Source: Candidatus Cryptobacteroides intestinipullorum (lineage in GTDB: Bacteria; Bacteroidota; Bacteroidia; Bacteroidales; UBA932). From it: 64,000 bases of DNA. The notes below the pieces were generated by a model that was not told the DNA's origin, ran no database searches, and saw only the letters and a list, made by a program, of their open reading frames with translations. The stretch covers positions 14,537 through 78,536 of the forward strand of contig DVIP01000148.1 of assembly GCA_018711225.1 (NCBI GenBank), read 5' to 3'. The position numbers and the translations under genes were made by a program. Shown here in pieces: positions 1 to 11,166 of this stretch. Every line of letters begins with the position of its first letter. Positions within the stretch are counted from its first letter, which is position 1.

Positions 1-2
1 AT

Positions 3-404
3 TATACCGGATATGTGCGCAAGGGGGCGGAAGTCATGACTGTCATTACGAATGATGCGTGGTGGGGCAATACGCCGGGGTACAGACAGCATCTCAGGTA
101 TGCTTCACTGAGAGCGATAGAGACTCGGCGCAGCATAGCGAGATGTGCCAATACCGGAATATCGGCAATCATAGACCAGCGCGGGGAGATTGTCAGGTCC
201 ACGTCCTGGTGGAAGCCGGAAGTGCTGTCCGGCACCATAAACAGGAATGACCGCATGACGTTCTTCGTGCGCAACGGGGATGTCACCGGCAAGGTATGCA
301 CATTCGTGTTCTGGCTTCTTTTCGCCGCACTTGCGGTAAGAATCCTGACCGGAAACCGCAGCCGGTCTTCCGAATCCGCTGCCGGGGCCAGGCGGGGCAG
401 GTAA
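3..404 (+). CDS. lnt: apolipoprotein N-acyltransferase, C-terminal part (5' end outside window)
   Basis: ITNDAWWG...QH...LRAIETRRSIARCANTGISAIID is the typical Lnt C-terminal nitrilase-fold motif, followed by a final TM helix. Confidence 0.9.
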   Translation, partial: YTGYVRKGAEVMTVITNDAWWGNTPGYRQHLRYASLRAIETRRSIARCANTGISAIIDQRGEIVRSTSWWKPEVLSGTINRNDRMTFFVRNGDVTGKVCTFVFWLLFAALAVRILTGNRSRSSESAAGARRGR

Positions 405-426
405 TCTTTCGTCCGGGGCAGTATTG

Positions 427-1917
427 TTATCTGAGTGACATGTATTTCCGGGTCACCAACCCTTTCCTGTCAGTGGCCGTAATGTATGGCATCACAGTCA
501 GATCCAGGGCATCGAACAGCCTGTAGACCGTTTCCGGATCTGTGTCCAGAAGCATGTCGGTGTCTACCAGGAAAAACCTGGCTTTCCGGTCCGCCTCCGA
601 CAGTGAATCGGCAGCCGCAAGTTCTTCACGGCAGAATCCGCATCCTTCCGTATGGAAGATGACGGCAGTATTCCGCAGGGATGAAAGTTTCCTGGACACG
701 TGCCTTTCTTTCCCGGCCCTTTTCATTATACCCCTGACCTTTATGTCCGGCAGCCTTTCTCCGATTCCGGATTTTCCGAGCAGGTCGGACAATATTCCGG
801 CATAGGGCAATATCGCCAGCGAGTCGTCCGGATCCGTCCAGACCGACGGCTTCCCTTCTATGTATTTCCTCAAAAGGTATTCAAGACCGCATTTGTACCC
901 TTCCCCGCGTACGGTGCCGAGCCAGTACATGAGATCCCCGGCCATCTGCCTGAATACTGCCGTGTCCCCGGCTTCCAGTGTCCTGACGGCAATCCTGTCG
1001 CACACCTCCCTTACCTGTCCGCAGTCAGGACTGTTCCCGAAGTCCGAGAACATCTTTTCGTAGAATGCCGCGGATTCCTCGCTGCCGTATCCTTCCTGTC
1101 CTGAAGTCCTGATGTCCAGCAGCTGTTTCAGTGCCATGGAGTCCAGTCCTCTTCCTATGATGGTCCCGTCTCTGGATATCAGGAAAATGCCGGGAGTCTG
1201 CAGAACTCCGTACTTCATCTGGAAGCCGGATTCCCCCTGGGGATCATTCAGATGCAATATCCGGATGTCCGGATTATCCATGCCCAGATAACTGCTGACA
1301 AATTCTTCCCATCCCTCTCTGGAATGTCCCGTGTACACGGCGTAGAAATTCAGCCTGTATTTCCTGTCACCTAGGATGTTACGGAGCATTATGCTTTCCA
1401 TCTTGCATGTCGGACATCCGCTGTCGTAAAAGAACAGCACTGAAAGCCTGTCGCTGAATATGCCGTCTTCGAAAAGGCTGTGCCAGTTCCCGTCCATGTC
1501 TTCCAGAGTCAGTTCCGGCGCTTTCATCCCTATGAGGGACTGCCTGTTGAACTCTGCGAATATCCTGGCATTCATGAATGCCGGTTCGCTCTGCATCTTG
1601 ACGGTACCGGGAGCAAACCATTTGTCGAATATATGGATAGACACAGCCTCGTCGCCCATCAGTTTGGAGTCCATGAAATGGCTGTAAAGCCTGATGGCGG
1701 TGAATTGTCTTACGAGGGAATCGGAGCAGCTCTCTATCAGGAAGTCGGCTTCTTCGCATTTGACCCGGACAGGTTCCATTTCCAGGAGAGCCATGTACTG
1801 GTCCAGCTTTTTCCCCAGTGAATTTGTCACAGACGTGTCCAGCTGGGCGTACGCCGGAAACCGGATGCCCAGGACGGCAGCGGTGACGAGAACTGTGCAC
1901 AGGATTCGGGCCATCAT
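427..1917 (-). CDS. exported TlpA/thioredoxin-like protein with two CxxC domains
   Basis: Signal peptide; IGMKAPEL...LFFYDSGCPTC and a second IGERLPD...IFHTEGCGFC thioredoxin-like motif. Confidence 0.75.
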   Translation of the reverse strand: MMARILCTVLVTAAVLGIRFPAYAQLDTSVTNSLGKKLDQYMALLEMEPVRVKCEEADFLIESCSDSLVRQFTAIRLYSHFMDSKLMGDEAVSIHIFDKWFAPGTVKMQSEPAFMNARIFAEFNRQSLIGMKAPELTLEDMDGNWHSLFEDGIFSDRLSVLFFYDSGCPTCKMESIMLRNILGDRKYRLNFYAVYTGHSREGWEEFVSSYLGMDNPDIRILHLNDPQGESGFQMKYGVLQTPGIFLISRDGTIIGRGLDSMALKQLLDIRTSGQEGYGSEESAAFYEKMFSDFGNSPDCGQVREVCDRIAVRTLEAGDTAVFRQMAGDLMYWLGTVRGEGYKCGLEYLLRKYIEGKPSVWTDPDDSLAILPYAGILSDLLGKSGIGERLPDIKVRGIMKRAGKERHVSRKLSSLRNTAVIFHTEGCGFCREELAAADSLSEADRKARFFLVDTDMLLDTDPETVYRLFDALDLTVMPYITATDRKGLVTRKYMSLR

Positions 1918-2390
1918 TCGGATTCGAGCAGTTTAATGTCCACGCCTTCCGGTATGAACATGGAGGTGTCGCTGTGATGTTTGATCAGGTCCCTGACGGC
2001 AGTGGAGGAAATATGGGCGAATTCCTGTGCCGTAGGTATTATGATGGTCTCGATTTCCGGGGCGAGTTTCCTGTTGGCGTCAGCTATTGACCTTTCCGTC
2101 TCGAAGTCTATCATGTTCCTTACTCCGCGGACAATATGCCTTATGCCGAGTTCCCTGCAGATGTCCACGGTGAGATTGTCATATTTGGTGATTTCCACCC
2201 CTTCCAGTCCGGCCGTGGCCTGTCTTATTATCTCCATTTTCCTTTCGGTGGAGAAATGTCCTTTCTTGTCGATATTGATTCCGATGGCGATTACCACCTC
2301 ATCGAACATTGTCAGTGCCCTTTTCAGAATATTGAGATGCCCTGCCGTAAACGGGTCGAACGAACCCGGAAAAAGCGCTTTACGTTTCAT
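1914..2390 (-). CDS. coaD: pantetheine-phosphate adenylyltransferase
   Basis: LFPGSFDPFTAGH, IVRGVR..DFE.E, ISSTAVR motifs; start placed at MKRKALF. Confidence 0.95.
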   Translation of the reverse strand: MKRKALFPGSFDPFTAGHLNILKRALTMFDEVVIAIGINIDKKGHFSTERKMEIIRQATAGLEGVEITKYDNLTVDICRELGIRHIVRGVRNMIDFETERSIADANRKLAPEIETIIIPTAQEFAHISSTAVRDLIKHHSDTSMFIPEGVDIKLLESE

Positions 2391-2400
2391 CTGGTATGGT

Positions 2401-3069
2401 TTATAGCTGCCAGTCGATAGGGGAGAGCCCTTCTCCGGCGAGTATTTCGTTGGTTCTTGAGAAATGTCTGCATCCGAAAAAGGCACCCCGTGCAAGCGGA
2501 GACGGATGGGCCGCCTCCAGCACGAAGTGCCTGGATGTGTCTATCAGTGATTTTTTGGCCCTGGCATAACTGCCCCACAGAAGGAATACTATGCCCGACC
2601 TGTGGACTGAAAGCCAGCTTATGACAGCATCGGTAAATTCTGTCCACCCTATTTTGCTGTGCGAATTCGGCATGCCGGCCTGGACTGTCAGAGACGCGTT
2701 CAGCAGCAGGACTCCCTGTCTTGCCCATTTTTCGAGATTCGGTTTGCCGCTCATCCTGATACCCAGGTCGTCTTCTATTTCCTTGAAGATATTCTTCAGG
2801 GAAGGCGGTGCCGGGATATTGTCGGGAACGGAGAAGGACAGGCCCATAGCCTGCCCCGCCCCGTGATAAGGGTCCTGACCCAGTATCACAACCTTGACCT
2901 TGTCTGCCGGAGTGAGTTCGAAAGCCCTGAATATGGCCTGCCCGGGAGGATATATCACCTTTCCTGCGGCCTTTTCGCGGTGCAGGAAGCCTGCAAGCTC
3001 CGCGAAATAGGGTTTCGAGAATTCGTCATGCAGCGCCTCTTTCCAGCTCTGTTCTATCTTTACATCCAT
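2401..3069 (-). CDS. ung: uracil-DNA glycosylase
   Basis: VVILGQDPYH, PPSLKNIFKE and HPSPL motifs. Confidence 0.97.
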   Translation of the reverse strand: MDVKIEQSWKEALHDEFSKPYFAELAGFLHREKAAGKVIYPPGQAIFRAFELTPADKVKVVILGQDPYHGAGQAMGLSFSVPDNIPAPPSLKNIFKEIEDDLGIRMSGKPNLEKWARQGVLLLNASLTVQAGMPNSHSKIGWTEFTDAVISWLSVHRSGIVFLLWGSYARAKKSLIDTSRHFVLEAAHPSPLARGAFFGCRHFSRTNEILAGEGLSPIDWQL

Positions 3070-3126
3070 AATGATTCCGAATAATCAGAGCAAAATTGAG
3101 GAAAAAAAAGTACAACTCAAAAGAAA

Positions 3127-5526
3127 TCAGAAGATATAGTTCATCACGTCCTCGATAGACCTGACATATACGAACGTCAGACCTTTCACGTATATTTCCT
3201 TTATATCCTCTATATCCTTCCTGTTGTCTTCTGATATGACAATCGTGGAGATGCCGGCCCTCTTGGCGGCGAGAATCTTCTCCTTGATTCCTCCGACAGG
3301 GAGTACGCGGCCCCTCAGGGTCATTTCTCCTGTCATGGCTATGCCGCTTTTCACCTGCTTTCCACGGAGTGCGGAAACCATTGAGCTGACCATGGTGATA
3401 CCTGCTGACGGACCGTCTTTCGGCACTGCACCTTCCGGTACATGCACGTGTATGTCCTTTTCGGCGAATTCTTCCGATGTCATGTCCGCCATTTCCGGAT
3501 GTGCCTTTATATACTGATAGGCGATAGTGGCGGATTCTTTCATCACGTCTCCCAGATTGCCGGTCATGGTAAGCACACCCTTGCCCTTGCTGACGGAGCT
3601 TTCGATGAACAGTATCTCGCCTCCTGTCTCGGTCCATGCAAGTCCGGTCACTACGCCCGGGGCTTCATTGCCTTTCTGCATGTCGTGGAAACTTGTCGGA
3701 AGTCCCAGATACTCTTTCAGGTTTTCCTTCTTGAGGACTTTCGGATATTCTTCGCCCATGGCTATCTTCCTGGCTGTCACCCTGGCTATCTTGGCTATCT
3801 GCTTCTCAAGCCCGCGGACTCCGGATTCCCTGGTGTAGTCGCTTATTATCTTTTCCAGGCAGCCCTTGTCTATCCTGAGCTGTTTTCTGTCCAGCCCGTG
3901 TTCCTTGAGCTGCTTCGGTATCAGGTAGTCCTTGGCTATGCACATTTTCTCTTCAGCGAGATATCCGGTGACATTTATCATTTCCATCCTGTCCCGGAGG
4001 GCCGGCTGGATATTGCCCGGATTGTTGGCCGTAGTCAGGAAAAGCACGTTGGACAGGTCATAGTCGATGTCCAGGTAATTGTCATGGAAAGTAGTGTTCT
4101 GCTCCGGGTCGAGCGCCTCCAGAAGGGCTGAAGACGGGTCTCCCTTTATATCCGTGCTGAGCTTGTCTATCTCGTCCAGGACAATGACAGGGTTCGATGT
4201 CCCGGCCCTGTTTATGGCATTCAGTATCCTGCCAGGCAATGCGCCGATATAGGTCTTCCTGTGCCCCCTGATTTCGGACTCGTCATGCACGCCTCCCAGG
4301 GCTATCCTGACGTATTTCCTGCCCAGGGCACGGGCGATGGACTTGCCGAGACTGGTCTTTCCGACTCCCGGAGGGCCGTAGAGGCAGAGAATCGGCGATT
4401 TCATGTCGCCTTTCAGTTTCAGCACGGCCAGATACTCGATAATCCTTTCCTTTATGTTCTCCAGTCCGTAATGGTCTTCGTCAAGCACTTTCTGGGCGTG
4501 CTTGAGGTCCAGGTTGTCCTGCGACACTTCTCCCCACGGAAGATCCAGCATGAACTGTATGTAGTTGTACTGTATGCTGTAGTCCGGCGAACTCGGATTG
4601 TATCTTTCGAGCTTGGCCATTTCCTTCTCGAATATGTCCTGCACGGCTGCCGGCCATATCTTCTCCTGCGCCCTGGTCCTGAGCTTTTCGAATTCCTCCA
4701 TTTCGTCCATGCCCAGTTCCTCCTGGATGGTCTTCAACTGGCTGTTCAGGTAATATTCCCTCTGCTGCTGGTCGATTTCCATCTTGACCTTCTGGTTTAT
4801 GTCCTGCTTGATTTTCAGGAGTTCTATCTGTGTGTCGAGCACGGCCAGAAGCTTCATTGCCCTCTGCTTGAGATCCCCGTACTGGAGCAGCTCTATCTTG
4901 TCCTCGAAATTGTCCACTTCCACTGTCGTGGCAATGAAGTTTACCAGAAATTCGAAACTGTCTATGGACTTGAGGGCGGAAGCCGCCTCCTTGGAAACGA
5001 AGGACGACATCTTTATTATGGATATGGCCTTTTCCTTCAGGGATTCCGCTATCATCCTGACATTTTTGTCATTGCTGTCAGGAGCCGTGTCAGACAGGTA
5101 GTGCACAAGTCCGAGCATGTACGGCTCGTATTCGGTGACCGCATCCAGGCTGAATCTCTTGAAGCCCTGGAGGATGGCAGTGATGGTGCCGTCTGGCATT
5201 TCCAGGGTCTTGAGGATTTTCGCTACGGTGCCGAACTGGTACAGATCTTCCTTTTTCGGGTCTTCTATGGAGATGTCATTCTGCGGCACGGCGCCTATGA
5301 ATGAATTGTTCTTTTCAGCATCCTGTATCAGTCTTATGGATTTCTCTCTTCCGATGGTGATAGGATATATTGTCCCAGGGAACAGCACGGCATTCCTCAG
5401 AGCAAGCAGCGGAAGGGAGTCAGGAAGTTCCGACTCGTCTATTTTCATGAATCCGTCTCCCTGCAGTACCGGTATGATATTCACTTCAGTACCGGATGGG
5501 GATAAAATGTCTTTAAATTCTTTCAT
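3127..5526 (-). CDS. lon: ATP-dependent Lon protease
   Basis: Walker A GPPGVGKTS, LDEIDK, catalytic PKDGPSAG and PVGGIKEK. Confidence 0.97.
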   Translation of the reverse strand: MKEFKDILSPSGTEVNIIPVLQGDGFMKIDESELPDSLPLLALRNAVLFPGTIYPITIGREKSIRLIQDAEKNNSFIGAVPQNDISIEDPKKEDLYQFGTVAKILKTLEMPDGTITAILQGFKRFSLDAVTEYEPYMLGLVHYLSDTAPDSNDKNVRMIAESLKEKAISIIKMSSFVSKEAASALKSIDSFEFLVNFIATTVEVDNFEDKIELLQYGDLKQRAMKLLAVLDTQIELLKIKQDINQKVKMEIDQQQREYYLNSQLKTIQEELGMDEMEEFEKLRTRAQEKIWPAAVQDIFEKEMAKLERYNPSSPDYSIQYNYIQFMLDLPWGEVSQDNLDLKHAQKVLDEDHYGLENIKERIIEYLAVLKLKGDMKSPILCLYGPPGVGKTSLGKSIARALGRKYVRIALGGVHDESEIRGHRKTYIGALPGRILNAINRAGTSNPVIVLDEIDKLSTDIKGDPSSALLEALDPEQNTTFHDNYLDIDYDLSNVLFLTTANNPGNIQPALRDRMEMINVTGYLAEEKMCIAKDYLIPKQLKEHGLDRKQLRIDKGCLEKIISDYTRESGVRGLEKQIAKIARVTARKIAMGEEYPKVLKKENLKEYLGLPTSFHDMQKGNEAPGVVTGLAWTETGGEILFIESSVSKGKGVLTMTGNLGDVMKESATIAYQYIKAHPEMADMTSEEFAEKDIHVHVPEGAVPKDGPSAGITMVSSMVSALRGKQVKSGIAMTGEMTLRGRVLPVGGIKEKILAAKRAGISTIVISEDNRKDIEDIKEIYVKGLTFVYVRSIEDVMNYIF

Positions 5527-5558
5527 AATATCGTTTCCCTTTGTTGTCAAGTTCTCCT

Positions 5559-5625
5559 TACTGACATTTTGTCAGTATAAGGTGTGTTTTTATAACGGCA
5601 CGCCTAATGGTCAATCTCTGTGCCA
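5559..5625 (-). promoter_or_regulatory. sigma54-like -24/-12 motif plus palindrome upstream of lon
   Basis: Minus strand TGGCAC-N5-TTGA (5625-5611); palindrome TACTGACA-ttt-TGTCAGTA (5559-5577). Confidence 0.5.
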
Positions 5626-5656
5626 GAATGTCTTCCAATAATATTTGTAAAATATT

Positions 5657-5688
5657 TTTGATATTTTGTAAAATATACTTTACATTTG
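5657..5688 (+). promoter_or_regulatory. Bacteroidota housekeeping promoter overlapped by a palindromic operator
   Basis: TTTG(5657)-N20-TACATTTG(5681); TGTAAA-N6-TTTACA at 5667-5684. Confidence 0.65.
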
Positions 5689-5717
5689 TGGCACTGGTTC
5701 AAATTAATAACAATTTT

Positions 5718-6182
5718 ATGAAACGGATGAATTTTCTTCTGCCCCACAGATGCCAGACAGCGGGCTGGTGCCTGACAGCATTGCCGTTTGTCCTGTACGG
5801 ATTGTATCTTGTTGTTTCCGCAATATTTCCGGATTCTGCCATCTGTCATGCGGCCAATGTCCATAGCAGGATACTTTCAATGTCGTTTTATCTCTGTATG
5901 GCTATTGGAGGTTTCCTGTTATGCTTTTCATGCGAGAAACAGGAGGATGAAATGATAATGTCCTTAAGACTTCGTTCCGTTGCGATAGCGGCTGCTGTCG
6001 GATTGGTCGTTACGGTTGTCTTTCATGTCTATTGGGGAGTGGATTTCGTAGTACGGTTTGACTACTCTCCCGAATCATTCTGGTATTCATCGTATTCCAT
6101 ATTGTTTCCGCTTCTTTTCCCTCTTTATTTCGTTATCTTCAAATTGTCCATTGTCTTTAACGGTTTGCATAATGAAGAATAA
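5718..6182 (+). CDS. hypothetical membrane protein with about 4 TM helices
   Basis: Hydrophobic helices and an EKQEDEMIMSLRLRS segment; overlaps the start of the downstream XRE gene. Confidence 0.75.
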   Translation: MKRMNFLLPHRCQTAGWCLTALPFVLYGLYLVVSAIFPDSAICHAANVHSRILSMSFYLCMAIGGFLLCFSCEKQEDEMIMSLRLRSVAIAAAVGLVVTVVFHVYWGVDFVVRFDYSPESFWYSSYSILFPLLFPLYFVIFKLSIVFNGLHNEE

Positions 6183-6372
6183 TATCAAGGTGGAACGGGC
6201 GGTCAGGGATATTACTCAGCAGGAGCTTGCGTCGGCTGTAGGGGTGAGCCGGCAGACGATCAATTCCATTGAGGCCGGAAGATATGTTCCGTCCGCAGTG
6301 CTGGCGCTGAAGATAGCGGGATATTTCGGCAAGCCTGTGGAATCGGTGTTCCTGCTGGAAGACGATGACTGA
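6172..6372 (+). CDS. XRE/Cro-family HTH transcriptional regulator (66 aa)
   Basis: MKNNIKVERA...ITQQELASAVGVSRQTINSIEAGRYVPS..LALKIA. Confidence 0.92.
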   Translation: MKNNIKVERAVRDITQQELASAVGVSRQTINSIEAGRYVPSAVLALKIAGYFGKPVESVFLLEDDD

Positions 6373-6377
6373 CCCCG

Positions 6378-7151
6378 TTAATATTCAATGTCGGAAAGAA
6401 AGAGTGCATGTCCGGGGACCGATTCTCCGGCATCGGAGCGTGAACCGGACCCGATCAGACTTCGGAGCCATTCAGGATCCCGCTTGCCGCGGCCGACATC
6501 TACCAGTGATCCCACTATTGCCCTGACCATGTTTCTCAGGAACCTGTCCGCCCTGACCGTGAATACGAGATAATCCCCGTCAGCTGCCGGGTAGCCCAGC
6601 TCCTTTACGTGGGAAGGAGTATATGATCTCCATCCGGATTCAAGGACGGTGCATACCGAAGTCTTGTTGTTCCCTCCCTTCTTCTCGAAGCAGCTGAAAT
6701 CGTAGGTGCCTTTCAGAAAGGCGGCGGCCTCGTTCATCGCATCCACATCCAGCCCGTATTTGCAGTACCATGAGAAATGGCCCATGAACGGGTCTTTTTT
6801 CCTGTGCAGGAAGTATTTGTATTCCCTTGAAACCGCTGAAAAACGGGCGTGCAGGTCATCCGACACGGGGGCTACCTCGTGGACAATGATTTCCTTGCCC
6901 AGGATGGCATTTATTTTGTATTCCAAGTCCTCCGGCCGTAATGGCAGAGGCTCTTCCACATCGAAATGTGCCACGTAGTTTACGGCATTCACTCCTGCAT
7001 CGGTCCTGCCAGCCCCGGTGACCGCCACATCTTCACCCGAGACCAGCGAGAGTGCCTTTTGAAGACAGCCCTGAACAGTGATGCCGTCCGGCTGGATCTG
7101 CCAGCCGCTGAAAGCCGAACCGTTGTAGGAGAGTCTGATGTAGTAGCGCAT
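6378..7151 (-). CDS. truA: tRNA pseudouridine(38-40) synthase
   Basis: YNGSAFSGWQIQ, GAGRTDAGV, HARFSA and FLRNMVRAIVG. Confidence 0.96.
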   Translation of the reverse strand: MRYYIRLSYNGSAFSGWQIQPDGITVQGCLQKALSLVSGEDVAVTGAGRTDAGVNAVNYVAHFDVEEPLPLRPEDLEYKINAILGKEIIVHEVAPVSDDLHARFSAVSREYKYFLHRKKDPFMGHFSWYCKYGLDVDAMNEAAAFLKGTYDFSCFEKKGGNNKTSVCTVLESGWRSYTPSHVKELGYPAADGDYLVFTVRADRFLRNMVRAIVGSLVDVGRGKRDPEWLRSLIGSGSRSDAGESVPGHALFLSDIEY

Positions 7152-7215
7152 CAACTTACGGGAATAATGATTAAATTTGCAAAATATGTGTGCAAAAATA
7201 AAATATTAAAATTTT

Positions 7216-8207
<992 letters not shown>

Positions 8208-8208
<1 letters not shown>

Positions 8209-9098
8209 TGGAGAAAAAGAGTACAGAAGACCTTCTGAAAAAGGTCAGGAAAATCGAGATCAGGACCAGGGCTCTTTCTCACCAGATATTTGCCGGAGAA
8301 TACCATTCTGCGTTCAAGGGGCGCGGAATGACATTCAGCGAAGTGCGTGAGTACCAGTTCGGGGATGATGTCCGGAACATGGACTGGAATGTCACTGCCA
8401 GGATGCGTTCTCCGTACATAAAGGTGTTCGAGGAAGAGAGGGAAATGACCGTTGTCCTGCTGATAGACATCAGCCGGTCCGGTCTTTTCGGCACTTCCGG
8501 CCAGAACAAGAGGGACATGATCGCCGAGATTGCCGCTGTGCTTTCCTTTTCAGCCATTCTGAACAATGACAAGGTCGGCGCCCTGTTCTTCAGTGACAGA
8601 GTCGAGAAATTCATTCCGCCGAAGAAAGGAAGGAGCCACCTTCTCCATATCATCCGGGAGATTCTGGAGTTCCAGCCTGCGGAGAACGGTACCGATATCG
8701 GCGAAGCCCTCAGATTCCTGACGAATGCCATCAAGAAAAGATGCACCGCTTTCCTGTTGTCCGATCTCCTGGATGTGGACAGTGACGGGAATCCGAAATA
8801 CGAGGATGCGCTGAAAGTGGCCGTGAACAGGCATGACCTTTCCGTCATAGAGGTCCATGACCCGCGTGAGAGGACACTGCCTGATGTCGGACTTGTGCAT
8901 GTGAAGGACTCCGAGACCATGCAGGCCGGATGGGTCAACACTTCTTCCAGGAAGATGAGGACCGCATACGAAAAATGGTTTGCGGACATGTCCGCCTCTG
9001 CTTCAAGACTGTTCATGAGATATAAGGTGGACAATGTAAGCATTTCCACCGACAGTGATTATGTAAAGGGCCTGATGGCTTTCTTCCAAACAAGATAG
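8208..9098 (+). CDS. DUF58 domain (vWA-like) protein
   Basis: GEYHSAFKGRGMTFSEVREYQFGDDVR..DWNVTAR; follows moxR. Confidence 0.92.
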
Positions 9099-9108
9099 AA
9101 GACAATAT

Positions 9109-10161
9109 ATGGGTTATAGTTTCAAATCGTATTTTCTATCAGCGGTGCTGACGGGAATGCTGGCCGTGCCCGTGACTGCAGGAGCACAGGACAGTCCGGA
9201 TGCCGGGTATGACGGCAAGGCTTTTCTGGAGCAGCTTCAGCCGAGGGATTCGGTGCTGATAGCTGACCAGCTCAGGTACGGATTCGAACTGGACGGCGTG
9301 AAGGAAGGTACGGATTTCCTTTTCCCGGACTATTCCAAGGGTTTCTGCGAAGGTGTCGAGGTCGTTTCTCCATGGAAACTGGATACGGTGGATGTCCGTA
9401 AAGGCAGGAAAAAGGCTCCGTCCCTTATGGACATAAAGGGGAGCGTGACCATAACGTCGTTCGACGAAGGCCGTTACGAACTTCCTCCCATATATATTGT
9501 AAGGGTGACGCCGGAAGGCATTGCTGACACTCTGGCGTTTTCACCGGAGGTCCTGGAAGTCCGGACAATGCCGGTGGATACTGCCACTTTCAAGATTCAC
9601 GACATCAAGGGACAGATACAGTATCCGGTAGAGTTCAGGGAGGTGCTGCCTTACCTGGCCGGAGCTGTCGCACTCGCTCTGATAGTCCTTCTGGCCATAT
9701 ACCTGACCAGAAAATATTTCTCCGGCAGGTCAGGCGATGCGGCCAGGAAGGAACCTGCACATATTACTGCCTTGAGGAAGCTGGACAAGCTGCGCGGGGA
9801 TTCGTATTGGGCTCCGGAAAAACAGAAGGCATTCTATTCCGGCATTACCGATGCGCTCAGGGAGTACATAGTGTCCAGATACGGTGTTCCTGCCATGGAG
9901 ATGACTACGAAAGAGATATTCGACGGGCTCAAGGACAAGGATATCCGCCCGGACCTGTATGAAGAGGCCAGGACCCTGTTCGAGAGGGCTGACTATGTCA
10001 AGTTCGCAAAATATGTCGCCTCGCAGCAGGAAAACGCTTCTGCAGTGCCGGCTGCCGTGAATTTCGTGACAATGACTTATCAGGAGGAACTGGATGCGGA
10101 ATCCGCCGGAGACCAGTCCCGGCCGCAGGAAGATGCCGGACAGAAGAAAAAGGAGGAATAG
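9109..10161 (+). CDS. bat-operon membrane protein
   Basis: Signal peptide, a single TM, then ALREYI..RYG..AMEMTT.EI..AD.VKFAK; lies between DUF58 and batA. Confidence 0.8.
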   Translation: MGYSFKSYFLSAVLTGMLAVPVTAGAQDSPDAGYDGKAFLEQLQPRDSVLIADQLRYGFELDGVKEGTDFLFPDYSKGFCEGVEVVSPWKLDTVDVRKGRKKAPSLMDIKGSVTITSFDEGRYELPPIYIVRVTPEGIADTLAFSPEVLEVRTMPVDTATFKIHDIKGQIQYPVEFREVLPYLAGAVALALIVLLAIYLTRKYFSGRSGDAARKEPAHITALRKLDKLRGDSYWAPEKQKAFYSGITDALREYIVSRYGVPAMEMTTKEIFDGLKDKDIRPDLYEEARTLFERADYVKFAKYVASQQENASAVPAAVNFVTMTYQEELDAESAGDQSRPQEDAGQKKKEE

Positions 10162-10164
10162 GCC

Positions 10165-11151
10165 ATGTTTTTTGAATATCCGAAATTGCTCTGGCTGGAA
10201 ATACTGCCTTTCCTGCTGATACTGCACTACATCTATCTCCAGTGGAAGGAGAGGTCGCCTCATCTGCGGGTCTCTGTCATCACTCCCTGGATGAAGTCGG
10301 GACGGTCGCTTTTCAGTGTCATAAGGCATATCCCTTTCCTGCTCAGGACACTTGCCCTGGTTATGATTATCATAGCCATTGCCCGCCCGCGTTCGGCCGG
10401 GGAAATCGAGAGGGTCGATTCCGAAGGTATTGACATCATGCTGGCGATGGATGTCTCGACAAGTATGCTTGCGCGGGACTTCACTCCCGACAGGCTGAGT
10501 GCGGCCAAGGATATTGCCATAGAGTTCATAGCCCAGAGACCATACGACAGGATAGGCATCGTCGTGTTTGCCGGGGAAAGTTTTACACAGTGTCCGATGA
10601 CTACGGACAGGTCCACCCTGATAAACCTGATGAAAGAGGTCCAGACAGACCTGATAGAGGACGGGACGGCCATAGGAAACGGACTTGCGACAGCTGTGGC
10701 GAGGATGAAGGATTCCGATGCCAAAAGCCGTGTTGTCATCCTGCTTACTGACGGTGTGAACAATTCCGGGGAGATAACTCCGCAGATGGCGGCCCAGATA
10801 GCCAAGACATACGGTGTCCGCGTCTATACTATCGGAGTAGGCGCCAGGGGCATGGCCCCTTACCCCGTGATGACACCATGGGGAGTGGACATACAGAAAG
10901 TCCAGGTGGAAATTGACGAAGATCTTCTGAAAGAGATAGCCGGGACCACAGGAGGCCAGTATTTCCGTGCGACGGACAATACCAAGCTGATGGAAATCTA
11001 CAGCGAGATAAACCAGATGGAGAAAGTGAAGACTACGGTGGACAGCTTCCCTGTTTACAAGGAACTGTTCGGACGGTACGCACTGGTGGCTCTTGCCGCA
11101 CTGCTTCTGGAATTTCTGTTGAGAGTGTTTGTTTTGAGGCGTCTGCCGTAA
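10165..11151 (+). CDS. batA: BatA vWA-domain protein
   Basis: N-terminal TM, MIDAS DVSTSM, GTAIGNGLATAV, ILLTDGVNNSG. Confidence 0.92.
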   Translation: MFFEYPKLLWLEILPFLLILHYIYLQWKERSPHLRVSVITPWMKSGRSLFSVIRHIPFLLRTLALVMIIIAIARPRSAGEIERVDSEGIDIMLAMDVSTSMLARDFTPDRLSAAKDIAIEFIAQRPYDRIGIVVFAGESFTQCPMTTDRSTLINLMKEVQTDLIEDGTAIGNGLATAVARMKDSDAKSRVVILLTDGVNNSGEITPQMAAQIAKTYGVRVYTIGVGARGMAPYPVMTPWGVDIQKVQVEIDEDLLKEIAGTTGGQYFRATDNTKLMEIYSEINQMEKVKTTVDSFPVYKELFGRYALVALAALLLEFLLRVFVLRRLP

Positions 11152-11166
11152 AAGTAAGGAGGTGAT

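Noticed and set aside
4261-5304. 347-aa ORF antisense to lon (similar ones at 14927-15940, 43701-44681 and 53400-54200)
   Set aside because: Antisense or alternate-frame shadows expected from codon bias in GC3-rich genes
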